NCBI GenBank assembly: GCA_028279705.1
Contig: JANQNF010000046.1
Location: 17,019 to 81,018, forward strand
Direction: 5' to 3'
Source of the DNA: an archaeon
GTDB taxonomy: Archaea > Aenigmatarchaeota > Aenigmatarchaeia > QMZP01 > JAFGSV01
DNA: 64,000 nt
Part shown: positions 20,052 to 28,089 of the stretch, one piece after another
How positions within the stretch are numbered: position 1 is the stretch's first letter
Layout: every line of letters starts with the position of its first letter
Position numbers and translations under genes: made by a program
The notes under the pieces: generated by a model
What the model was told of the DNA's origin: nothing
The model's input: only the letters and a program-made list of their open reading frames with translations
Database searches by the model: none

Positions 20052-20252
20052 ATGTGTGTGAATTTACCAGTTTGGGCCGAACCGATAGTTTTATTCGCGG
20101 CTCCGTTGATAGTATTGGTTTTGTATATTGTCCTTACAAGAACTGGCACGGTTAAGCTGGAAGATAGGAAAAAATTGAAGATATTCAGTATAATATTTGC
20201 GATTATACTTACTTGGGTATCTTTCTCTTTTAGTTTCATGTGGCTTTGTTGA
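20052..20252 (+). CDS. Small 2-TM protein (cassette)
   Basis: 66 aa; sits between sites A and B. Confidence 0.55.
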   Translation: MCVNLPVWAEPIVLFAAPLIVLVLYIVLTRTGTVKLEDRKKLKIFSIIFAIILTWVSFSFSFMWLC

Positions 20253-20380
20253 TACTCCTGCCTTTTCTCGACTTCGTCGCTTCGCTCCGACCAAAGGGAA
20301 CATAACATACGCTAACAGGCTTTGGTTATTCCTGCTCTGCCCAAATTCCGATGTGTATCCCTCTGTCCATAAGCGGGCTT

Positions 20381-20920
20381 CTAAAGAGTACATTTCTTCA
20401 TGAAATCATTGTCCATCAACACGGACCGGTCGCATGTTTGCCTCAGGTGCCATGAATGGCCCGATTTGAAGTGTGCATTTTCAATGTGTTTGCCAAAACT
20501 CTGCGCGGCCTTCACTGCGGGCACAAAGTCTCCGTCGCCGCTTACGAGTATAGCTGTATCATAAGAATTACTTTGTGCCAGCATGACCATGTCCACTGCT
20601 ATGTGGATATCATCACCCTTGACCGCATAATGAGTTTTCCCATCCACCTTGCGCTTTTGCAGCCTTACTAATACCAGTTTGAAATTCGGTATGTTCCTCA
20701 GCCCGGAAAAGAACTTCTGCTGCTTCTTGTAGCTTTCCTTGTCGTGGCTCATGTCCAGCGGTGCGTTGTAATAATATGTCCTTATAAGTTTCCTGTCTTT
20801 TCCGCAGAGCTTTTGTGATATTTTTTCAAAATCGATTTTCATGTCACCTAGATCCTTTCTCATGCAGTGGTAGAAGTTGCTCCCGTCTATGAATATGCAA
20901 ACACGCTCTGTATTGGCCAT
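20381..20920 (-). CDS. NYN domain (LabA/DUF88) nuclease
   Basis: FIDGSNF, YYYNA, KGDDIHIAVDM, LVSGDGDFVP, S..L...CD; start MANTER. Confidence 0.9.
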   Translation of the reverse strand: MANTERVCIFIDGSNFYHCMRKDLGDMKIDFEKISQKLCGKDRKLIRTYYYNAPLDMSHDKESYKKQQKFFSGLRNIPNFKLVLVRLQKRKVDGKTHYAVKGDDIHIAVDMVMLAQSNSYDTAILVSGDGDFVPAVKAAQSFGKHIENAHFKSGHSWHLRQTCDRSVLMDNDFMKKCTL

Positions 20921-20954
20921 AATATGAATGTTTGATTCGAGAAATAAATATGAA

Positions 20955-20980
20955 CCTGCCCTTACCGAAGTAATGGCAGG
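20955..20980 (-). promoter_or_regulatory. cUUCGg-tetraloop hairpin in the NYN 5' leader
   Basis: Minus strand CCTGCCATTAC-TTCG-GTAAGGGCAGG, between TATA TTTATAAA (21011-21018) and the ATG. Confidence 0.6.
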
Positions 20981-21071
20981 GAGTATATGATACATAGTAG
21001 TCATGTTTCATTTATAAATGTTCTGAAGCCCACTTCGTTCATCGGAACTTCTGTTAGCTGTTTAGTTATAT

Positions 21072-21494
21072 TCAATCAGATTTCGCCTTTCCAACTTTCC
21101 TAAGCATATCTATATTGGTTAATATTTCAACTTTCTCTTGTTCCTTGAAATGAGGGTCATGTGTCCATATACCCTCTGAGTCAGTTGCAAGGCAGGCGGC
21201 TATATATGGAATATCTTTTGGGTCTTTTATCGAATGTTTGATTTTTGCTATCAAATCAAGGTATTTTGTTTGTGGAATAATTGATATGTTCTCGAAAATT
21301 AGAAGCAATAAAACCTCGAATTCTTCATTTGTTAACTGTGCGGCCTTAGTAACCCTCTTTTCATGCTTTCTGATTTCAGATATTATATTATCTGGAGCGA
21401 AGAATTCGAATAACGGGTCAAATAATATTTCTCTTGTTGTTCCTTTCTTTATCATTGAAGCGAGAACTCTGTTTGCATCTATAACTATTCTCAT
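21072..21494 (-). CDS. PIN-domain (VapC-like) toxin (cassette)
   Basis: IVIDAN...E...DPKDIPYIA...IWTHD; stop codon lies inside the site B arm. Confidence 0.88.
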   Translation of the reverse strand: MRIVIDANRVLASMIKKGTTREILFDPLFEFFAPDNIISEIRKHEKRVTKAAQLTNEEFEVLLLLIFENISIIPQTKYLDLIAKIKHSIKDPKDIPYIAACLATDSEGIWTHDPHFKEQEKVEILTNIDMLRKVGKAKSD

Positions 21495-21727
21495 TTAACC
21501 AGACCGTGACTTTTAGCTATCCCTTTGTTTATTTCTTTTCCTACTTCCAATGCGTCTTTCTCGCTCAACTTGCTCTTTGATAGTATATTTTCCATGAGTT
21601 CTAATTTTCTCGCCTGCTCCCACATAGCTTGTCTTGCAACTTCACTCCATTTGATCTCTTTATGTTTTTGCATCATTTCGTGCAAATCCTGTGGAACGGC
21701 AAGAGTCATATTAGTCATATTTACCAC
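21491..21727 (-). CDS. Antitoxin, RHH-like (cassette)
   Basis: NMTLAVP...EIKWSEVARQA; overlaps the toxin start. Confidence 0.8.
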   Translation of the reverse strand: MVNMTNMTLAVPQDLHEMMQKHKEIKWSEVARQAMWEQARKLELMENILSKSKLSEKDALEVGKEINKGIAKSHGLVK

Positions 21728-21819
21728 CTAAGTAATTTATGTATATTATTTATTTTTACTTATTTATATATTTAACGGCGAAATCTGACTCTTCGCCACT
21801 ACGTGGCTTGTCTTCCAGA

Positions 21820-21909
21820 GAATATAACATGCAATATCAGGCTTCCTGCTGGAAGTCTCAAATGTTGTGCATACACAACATTTCAGATATCGCTATAGTT
21901 AGATGTAAT
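21820..21909. repeat. Site C
   Basis: GAATATAAC-ATGCAATATC-[GGCTTCC/GGAAGTC hairpin]-[AAATGTTGTG/CACAACATTT hairpin]-GATATCGCTATA-GTTAGATGTAAT. Confidence 0.85.
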
Positions 21910-22399
21910 TGAGAAAACTGCTGTGGGTCTGATAAGCCTTTCCGCAACACGGTGCACCAAAACCAAGTTCCTTTTTCATTTGTTCAGGACTCAGACTAAT
22001 AATATCAGAAACTGTGTAATCAATTTCTCTATCTTTCCAAGACTGTGCCAATAGAATCCTTGCTCTGTTTATTCCTGAAACACCACTATAATCATTGAGG
22101 TTCTTTTCACCATGAGAAATCGATTTTATTGCATTGGATAGCTCCCCATACGTCCTAATTTTATTGATATTGAGAACCTGCTTTTGCCCATTCCAATACT
22201 TTGGATTCCCATCTTTTTTGTATTCACCCGTCATGTTCACCCAATGTGTCTTTTTGCCTGTGTATACACTATGATTAAATTTTGCTTTCCTTCTTTTACT
22301 GGTTTTAGCTTTGTCGATTAGAAAATCCCAGTAAAGTTGGTTAAATGTGTCTGCTTCTCTTGCCTTCTTAAGACCTTTCATAACTCTACAATAAAGCAA
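21899..22399 (-). CDS. Hypothetical protein (cassette)
   Basis: 166 aa ORF; TAA stop lies within ATCTAAC of site C on the minus strand. Confidence 0.55.
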   Translation of the reverse strand: MLYCRVMKGLKKAREADTFNQLYWDFLIDKAKTSKRRKAKFNHSVYTGKKTHWVNMTGEYKKDGNPKYWNGQKQVLNINKIRTYGELSNAIKSISHGEKNLNDYSGVSGINRARILLAQSWKDREIDYTVSDIISLSPEQMKKELGFGAPCCGKAYQTHSSFLNYI

Positions 22400-22454
22400 A
22401 ATTTTAAAAAGGCAGTTTTCTCAACTTCCTCGACTACGTCTCGGACCCTCAGGG

Positions 22455-22544
22455 ACATCTAACATGCAATATCAGGCTTCCAGCAGGAAGCCTCAAATAT
22501 CGTCCACAGATGATACTTCAGATATCGCCATAGTTGTATCTAAT
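22455..22544. repeat. Site D (direct repeat of C)
   Basis: ACATCTAAC-ATGCAATATCAGGCTTCC..GGAAGCCTCAAAT...TTCAGATATCGCCATA-GTTGTATCTAAT. Confidence 0.85.
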
Positions 22545-22562
22545 TCGGCTGGCACATAATAA

Positions 22563-22835
22563 TTACTTCATTGTGTTGATAATTTTCTTTGCGTTTTCGC
22601 TAGTTAGGGGAATTGTGTCGACGACGCCATCGTTTAAATCTAATATCAAGTTTGTTTCCAGGTTTTTAATGGTCGGTGCTTTCGATGACACCACGCTCGC
22701 ATTTTTCGGCTTCAGGTAATCTGAGTTTGTATTCTCATTATTTAAATGATCAGCGAATATCATTCCACCATAAAATCCAAGACCGCCAACCACACCACTT
22801 GCTATATACTTAATATAATTACCAAACTTTGACAT
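22563..22835 (-). CDS. Small membrane-anchored protein (cassette)
   Basis: 90 aa, N-terminal hydrophobic helix. Confidence 0.55.
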   Translation of the reverse strand: MSKFGNYIKYIASGVVGGLGFYGGMIFADHLNNENTNSDYLKPKNASVVSSKAPTIKNLETNLILDLNDGVVDTIPLTSENAKKIINTMK

Positions 22836-22931
22836 ATTCTACAATAAGGTAGAGTTAACTTTTTAAACCTTCCTTCATACAGACGCCAGCCGAACTCCGG
22901 CACTTCCTACCCACCTGGCTCGTGAGTGCCT

Positions 22932-23034
22932 ATACACGACATGAGATTATTAGGATTTGACTACGCACCTTACGCTGCCAAATCTCAAACTGTCGCAGAG
23001 CGACAGCTTCTAATAATCCTGAGTTATACGAAAT
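22932..23034. repeat. Site E
   Basis: ATACACGAC-ATGA-GATTATTAG...two hairpins (GATTTG/CAAATC, CTGTCGC/GCGACAG)...CTAATAATC-CTGA-GTTATACGAAAT. Confidence 0.8.
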
Positions 23035-23111
23035 TTCAAACCCCGCTCCAGAATTTAGATATTTTTATATAGACTCATTTTTAATTATTAGAGAAAGGTA
23101 AGAAAGGTATT

Positions 23112-23573
23112 ATGAAAATTAACTATAAAAAAGCGATAATTTTTGGAACCATTGTGATACTATTGCAAATGGTGTTTGGCAACCTGTTATACATAAATCC
23201 CATTGCAATGGAAATCAACAAGCAGTTCGAAGGCCACCCCTCAATAAAATCCTTTGATTTCATAGGGGGAATGGGTAATTGGCTTCTGCTGACACTTGTT
23301 TTTAGTATTTTTCTCATGGTTCTCTGGATCGTATTGTATACATTCCTGTACAAGGCTATTCCCGGGGAAGGTTGGAAAAAAGGGTTATTTTTTGGTCTTG
23401 CACTGTCCTTCATAAAGGCAGTCCCAGAAGCATTCAACCAATGGATGATCTTTGTTTATCCCAGTGAGCTGATTATATTACAACTTGTTAATACATTTCT
23501 AGGTTTAGCAGTTTTTGGAATATTGCTAGGATTTTTCTATAAAAAATTCAATGTGATCAATTATGAAAAATGA
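23112..23573 (+). CDS. 4-TM membrane protein (cassette)
   Basis: 153 aa; GWKKGLFFGL pattern. Confidence 0.7.
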   Translation: MKINYKKAIIFGTIVILLQMVFGNLLYINPIAMEINKQFEGHPSIKSFDFIGGMGNWLLLTLVFSIFLMVLWIVLYTFLYKAIPGEGWKKGLFFGLALSFIKAVPEAFNQWMIFVYPSELIILQLVNTFLGLAVFGILLGFFYKKFNVINYEK

Positions 23574-24009
23574 AAATGAAGACATGATCGCCTATTGTGG
23601 CCTGTGCTGCTTGGACTGTCACGGCTTTCAACAAAAAATACCAGACCTTGCAAGGGACCTGAGAAAAGAGCTAAGAGCTTCAAAATACAGAAAATTCGCG
23701 GAATTCCTTGCAACTACTACATTTGGAAAGGGCTTTAAAGAGTACGACAAGTGTTACGAAGTTTTGGGGAATATGGTAAAGTTCAGGTGCCACAAAGGAT
23801 GCCGGAATGGGGGAGGAAACCCTTTCTGTAAAATCAGGAAATGCTGCCAAAAGAAGAAATATGAAGGTTGCTGGGAATGTGATATCTTTGAAGAATGCGA
23901 GAAACTTGCTTTTTTGGAACCAGTCCATGAAAAAGGGCATGTAAAAAACTTAAAAATAGTCAAAAATAAAGGGAAAGCCGAATTCTTAAAATGTAAAAGA
24001 CATTGGTAG
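23563..24009 (+). CDS. DUF3795-like Cys-rich protein (cassette)
   Basis: AYCGLCCLDC, CHKGC, CKIRKCC, CWECDIFEEC. Confidence 0.8.
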   Translation: MKNENEDMIAYCGLCCLDCHGFQQKIPDLARDLRKELRASKYRKFAEFLATTTFGKGFKEYDKCYEVLGNMVKFRCHKGCRNGGGNPFCKIRKCCQKKKYEGCWECDIFEECEKLAFLEPVHEKGHVKNLKIVKNKGKAEFLKCKRHW

Positions 24010-24088
24010 TGGCTAGTTCTCGGGAGCGACAGCGGAAGAATAACGGTTAAAAAACTATCTGCCTATACAATCCTTATAGGTGAATTGA

Positions 24089-24574
24089 ATGGGAGAACTG
24101 ATAATACCACAGGGGCTGGTTGGAAAGAATCCGGGTATCGAAAATGGAATCTATCAAGATTCATATGTCAATGAAATGAACGGGATTTATCCAATAAAAG
24201 AAATAGTAGGCACACCAAATGAACATGAATACAAAAGCATGTTCATACGTAAGTTGCGTTCACTATTCAATGAAGCGATTCCCAATGCTGAAGAATGTGC
24301 CGTTTTATTGCCAATTTATATTTCCAGTGCAAAAAATGGTTCATGGGTGCCAGGTAAACTTGAAACAGATGCCATAAAGTCTGCTACGGGTATGAATCCA
24401 GAGGAATATGTTGAATATCTCATTAGTGATAACAACAAACGCCCTTATCGTGGTACAACACAATTACATAACGCAACAAAAAGAGGACTACTGATCAATA
24501 CTGTTTACGAAGGAGATTTCTTTTCTATACTAACCGAGCAATTTGCCAAACATTTGCAATCAAACAAAACGTAG
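24089..24574 (+). CDS. Hypothetical protein (cassette)
   Basis: 161 aa; AGGTGA RBS. Confidence 0.65.
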   Translation: MGELIIPQGLVGKNPGIENGIYQDSYVNEMNGIYPIKEIVGTPNEHEYKSMFIRKLRSLFNEAIPNAEECAVLLPIYISSAKNGSWVPGKLETDAIKSATGMNPEEYVEYLISDNNKRPYRGTTQLHNATKRGLLINTVYEGDFFSILTEQFAKHLQSNKT

Positions 24575-24587
24575 CCCTCCCCCGAAA

Positions 24588-24620
24588 ATTGCATCTAACA
24601 TCTCGATTAAGAGAAGTTGA
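24588..24620. repeat. Site F, half site ATTGCATCTAAC-ATC
   Basis: Left arm 14 bp after a stop codon; no adjacent right arm. Confidence 0.45.
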
Positions 24621-24724
24621 TTTTTTGAGACATCCCACAAAAATTATTTTTTGTTCTTACTCATTACGATAGGCTTTCCTCAATATTCAAATTTCAGCAT
24701 TTTATAATTTACTTATTTAGAAAA

Positions 24725-25207
24725 CTATACAAGCATTGATATTTTCTTTGCAAATGCCTGGATGTTATTTTTTGCACTATCAAAAAGTCTTTCGCAATCA
24801 TCGTAGTTCACTTCATCGAACAACTTATCTTTTAAGATATAATCAAATCTATTTGGATCTGGAGACATTGTGTATGCATGTTTTGCTTTACTTAATTTAT
24901 CATGATAGCTAATTTGCGTCTTGCGGTTCATCCCCGATAGCCAAATTTCGTATTCAAATTTATTATGCGTAAAAGCGATAACAAACTTAAGGCCTTTTGA
25001 TTGCAGTTCATCATTAGTGAATTGGAAATAGGAATAATCCATGTTGTTTTCAACAATATTCCCTGTGAACTTATATTCAGATAAGTTACCAGCCAAATAA
25101 GTCCTAAAACCTCTAAAAAACTTAACAAATTCCTGGTAACCTTTTTGCAGGTTTGTAGACTGGAGAATTTTTTTATATTCGCTGATGTAATTCGAATTAA
25201 TTTTCAT
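24725..25207 (-). CDS. Hypothetical protein (cassette)
   Basis: 160 aa ORF; MDYSYFQF and FEYEIWLSG motifs. Confidence 0.65.
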   Translation of the reverse strand: MKINSNYISEYKKILQSTNLQKGYQEFVKFFRGFRTYLAGNLSEYKFTGNIVENNMDYSYFQFTNDELQSKGLKFVIAFTHNKFEYEIWLSGMNRKTQISYHDKLSKAKHAYTMSPDPNRFDYILKDKLFDEVNYDDCERLFDSAKNNIQAFAKKISMLV

Positions 25208-25286
25208 AATATTATCTTTAAGATTGAAGTGTATTTAAAATTTGTTTTCTGAAAGCATATCTTCTTTACTTCAAGAAAATTTTTTG

Positions 25287-25325
25287 AATCGCGTATAACT
25301 CTGATAATCTCATGTTATTGTGAGC
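25287..25325. repeat. Site G, minimal; inverted and internally deleted relative of site E
   Basis: CGTATAACTC and TAATCTCATGT are reverse complements of the two ends of site E. Confidence 0.65.
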
Positions 25326-25397
25326 TGCTTACTGGGCGGCGAAGTTTTCGGATGTAGGTGTTTTGTTTAAAAAAATTATTATCATAAAATTAACTTT

Positions 25398-25623
25398 ATG
25401 AGCAAATCCGCATTTTTCACTAAAAGAAGATATTGAGGAAATTGCTGCAAAATTGCCGGGAGAATACAAATCAAAGTTGTATAAAATTGCAAGTAAAATA
25501 TTCATGGGTGCATATATGACAGGTGACCTGATTGGAACCAGGGGTGACAAAGGAGATAGAACGTTTTTTTCCAGAAAAATGGGAGAAATATCGGAACAAT
25601 GTGAAAATTCTGACGAGTTTTAA
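25398..25623 (+). pseudogene. Small cassette gene with an apparent +1 frameshift after the ATG
   Basis: ATG-A-GCA AAT CCG...; shifted frame open for 73 codons (ANPHFSLKEDIEEIAAKL...SDEF) and ends just before site H. Confidence 0.4.
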
Positions 25624-25640
25624 TAAGTACGCATCCGAAA

Positions 25641-25731
25641 ATTTACGATAACATCAGGGTTAACCGATTCTACCAGTTATCTTCTAATTTGTGCGAACGG
25701 AGTGAGTCGGTTATTGCATGTTAGATGAGTC
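25641..25731. repeat. Site H
   Basis: ATTTACGATAAC-ATCAGGGT-TAACCGATTC...GAGTCGGTTA-TTGCAT-GTTAGATGA. Confidence 0.75.
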
Positions 25732-25778
25732 CTTTAGGACCAAGCGAAGTGTAGAGTTCGGGGCCGTTGTTGTGACAT

Positions 25779-26030
25779 CTAAACAGGATCATAATTTTTG
25801 ATCGGTGTGGATATTTGAGTCAAAGAAACTATGTCACCTGTTTTTATGTTGTATAAGAATGGTCCTGACCTAGACTGATTATAACCAATTCCAAGATGTT
25901 CTAAATTGTTAGTTGTATCCACTTTTACCGAATAGTCATCATGACCATTCTTTATCAGAGGACCTACAACAAATTCCGAACCACCGGAAATGTTAACCAT
26001 TACCCTTTTATCAACCATACCATCGTTCAT
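25779..26030 (-). CDS. Hypothetical protein (cassette)
   Basis: 83 aa between sites H and I; TATA-like element upstream. Confidence 0.55.
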   Translation of the reverse strand: MNDGMVDKRVMVNISGGSEFVVGPLIKNGHDDYSVKVDTTNNLEHLGIGYNQSRSGPFLYNIKTGDIVSLTQISTPIKNYDPV

Positions 26031-26082
26031 ATTATCACTATTTAATAGTTAAATAACTTTTATAAACTTATCGTCGACCTGA

Positions 26083-26181
26083 ATTTCTTATAACTAAAAA
26101 GCTAACAGATGTTACCGCTATCTGCGGTAATTTGGGCGGAACAGGAATAAACAAAGTCTGTTAGCGCATGTTACACATCCG
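26083..26181. repeat. Site I (inverted homologue of site B)
   Basis: ATTTCTTATAAC-TAAAAA-GCTAACAGA...TTACCGC/GCGGTAA...TCTGTTAGC-GCAT-GTTACACAT. Confidence 0.8.
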
Positions 26182-26257
26182 TTAGGTCGGTGTGAGCGAA
26201 GAGGGCGGAGAAGTAATGCACCAAAAGGTATAAAAAACTACTAAACTTCTACATCTC

Positions 26258-26653
26258 ATGGGAGATTGTCCATACTGTAAAGAAGAGTATCAAAGCTCTG
26301 AACGGAACATATTAGAAAACGAATCGTGGATTGCTAATTTTGACGGACATCCAGTAAACCCCGGACACATGAAAATAATTTCAAAAAGACACGTTGTTTC
26401 AATCAGTGAACTCAATAACGAAGAATTGATTTCAATGAGGGAAATGATGAAAAAAGTCGAGTCACTAGGGGAAGAACAATTTAAAACAGATGAATATAAT
26501 TGGGGTTTCAACAAAGGAAAGAATGCCGGTCAAACAAAATTCCACCTACACATACATTATATACCAAGATATGAGGGAGACGTGGAAGACCCGATTGGCG
26601 GGGTAAGAAACATTATCCCCGAAAAAGGAAATTACCTCAAATTAAAAAAGTAA
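26258..26653 (+). CDS. HIT family hydrolase (cassette)
   Basis: CPYC, PVNPGH, AGQTKFHLHIHYIPR. Confidence 0.92.
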   Translation: MGDCPYCKEEYQSSERNILENESWIANFDGHPVNPGHMKIISKRHVVSISELNNEELISMREMMKKVESLGEEQFKTDEYNWGFNKGKNAGQTKFHLHIHYIPRYEGDVEDPIGGVRNIIPEKGNYLKLKK

Positions 26654-26666
26654 TATTTGGTACATT

Positions 26667-26773
26667 GTTGCGTATAACATCGGTTTATTAGAAGTTGCCT
26701 CTGTGCGGCAATTTGAGATTCAGCAGCTGAAAAATGCGTAGCTGAATCCTAATAATATTATGCTATATTCAAT
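26667..26773. repeat. Site J, terminal
   Basis: GTTGCGTATAAC-ATCGGT-TTATTAG...AAGTTGCC/GGCAATTT, GATTCAGC/GCTGAATC...CTAATAA-TATTAT-GCTATATTCAAT. Confidence 0.8.
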
Positions 26774-26819
26774 AATTTGAGGGGCTGAAGGTAAAAGGGA
26801 GCAATTTTATAAAAATAAT

Positions 26820-27620
26820 TTATCCTAACCACTTATTTTCAATTTCTTTAAGTTTACCACTCCTTTTCATTTCTCTTAGGATTTTATTAATCTCATCCAT
26901 CAAAGCATTATTGCCAAGTCTTGTTGCAATACCATAAAATTCTTGTGTTAACGGCTCTCCAACAAGTTTCAAATCGTCAGGGTGTGCTTTAACAGCTCCA
27001 ACTCCAGCTACATAATCTCCGACAACAGCTTCTACTGTATCATTCAAAAGACCTGCTATCGCTTCCTCTCCGTTGACAAAAAGATATAATTGATCTTTTT
27101 CAACATATTCTAATGCAGCTTTTTCACAAGTTGTTCCACCTATAGTTCCTACCATCCTATCTCTCAAATCTTCAGGGAATTCTATCTGATCATGATTCTT
27201 TTTTACAACTATTACCTGACCCCCGATGAAATATGGAACACTGAATAATATTTCTTCAGACCTTTCAGGTGTGATGGTCACAGAAGAGATTACAACATCA
27301 ACACTATTCGATTTGATTTTTGTAAAAAGTTCTTTCCAGTCACTTTGTTTTATTTCTACTTCCACTCCCAGCCCATTACTTACCTCGTTTATTATTTCCA
27401 TATCTACTCCCATGAAATTTCCTGATTCATCGGTAAATGTCATCGGGTAATAATCACCAGTTGTTCCAACTATCAGCTTTCCCCTTTCCTGTACATCCAG
27501 AAGCGATGTGTCAGTTATTTCCACTACCTGATCATCCTGCACGGTCTGTGCACATCCGGAAATTAAGAGTAACAGTAAGAAAACCGATAAAATCGCGAAT
27601 CCATTTTTCATGAATTTCAC
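26820..27620 (-). CDS. Polar amino acid ABC-type substrate-binding lipoprotein (family 3)
   Basis: ISGC lipobox, G.LIVGT, TITPER, FSVPY; paralog at 61176. Confidence 0.9.
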   Translation of the reverse strand: MKFMKNGFAILSVFLLLLLISGCAQTVQDDQVVEITDTSLLDVQERGKLIVGTTGDYYPMTFTDESGNFMGVDMEIINEVSNGLGVEVEIKQSDWKELFTKIKSNSVDVVISSVTITPERSEEILFSVPYFIGGQVIVVKKNHDQIEFPEDLRDRMVGTIGGTTCEKAALEYVEKDQLYLFVNGEEAIAGLLNDTVEAVVGDYVAGVGAVKAHPDDLKLVGEPLTQEFYGIATRLGNNALMDEINKILREMKRSGKLKEIENKWLG

Positions 27621-27699
27621 TCTTTATTATTAATGTCAGCAGACTTGAATATATAATTTCGTCTTTCATGAGCAATTCTCAGAATAAGTTGATACGATT

Positions 27700-28089
27700 T
27701 CAACAACCTTTCTCTGCTGCCACGACGTACCTTCCCTGCCTCAGGGTGAGAACCTTCACGCGGCCTTTCAGTAGCATGTCTTTCAGCTTCCTGTCCAGGG
27801 TGCATACCGTCATGTCACCCTCTTTTGCAACTTTCAGGAGCGTAAGGTCCGTGCTGCCTTTAGCTGCCGCCAGCACTTTTACGTACTTTCTGACAAAATC
27901 AAGCGCCACGCTTGCGTTGTCCGCGTCGTTTCCCCTACCAGAAGAGAGTATCTCCAGTTCTTTTACCACGAGGTCCAGAGTGAGCAGTTCGGGTTTTCCA
28001 AACTTCATGAGTTCTGCTTGGAGGTCTGCCTTGTTTTCCACAACTTTTACAAGAAAGCTCGTGTCAAGCAGCACCTTCATTTGTGGCAC
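27700..28089 (-). CDS. PIN domain protein (Fcf1/Utp24-like)
   Basis: VLLDTSFL...E...D...VCTLDRKLK...LRQ. Confidence 0.75.
   Translation of the reverse strand: MPQMKVLLDTSFLVKVVENKADLQAELMKFGKPELLTLDLVVKELEILSSGRGNDADNASVALDFVRKYVKVLAAAKGSTDLTLLKVAKEGDMTVCTLDRKLKDMLLKGRVKVLTLRQGRYVVAAEKGC

Larger units (their letters stand above)
20298..21076. repeat. Site B, split: left half 20298-20353, right half 21040-21076, NYN gene between them
   Basis: GAACATAAC-ATAC-GCTAACAG ... CTGTTAGC-TGTTTA-GTTATATTCAAT; reverse complement aligns with site I. Confidence 0.75.
19960..26773. mobile_element. Integron-like cassette array (ten sites A-J, about 8 modules)
   Basis: Recurrent TAAC...GTTA inverted-repeat sites between small unrelated genes, directly downstream of a tyrosine recombinase. 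Confidence 0.8.

Noticed and set aside
21899..22399. Photolyase-like call from FNQLYWDFL
   Set aside because: Single short motif; the rest of the protein does not fit.
21820..22544. Sites C and D as a CRISPR array
   Set aside because: Repeats are about 90 bp and separated by whole genes; no cas genes are present.
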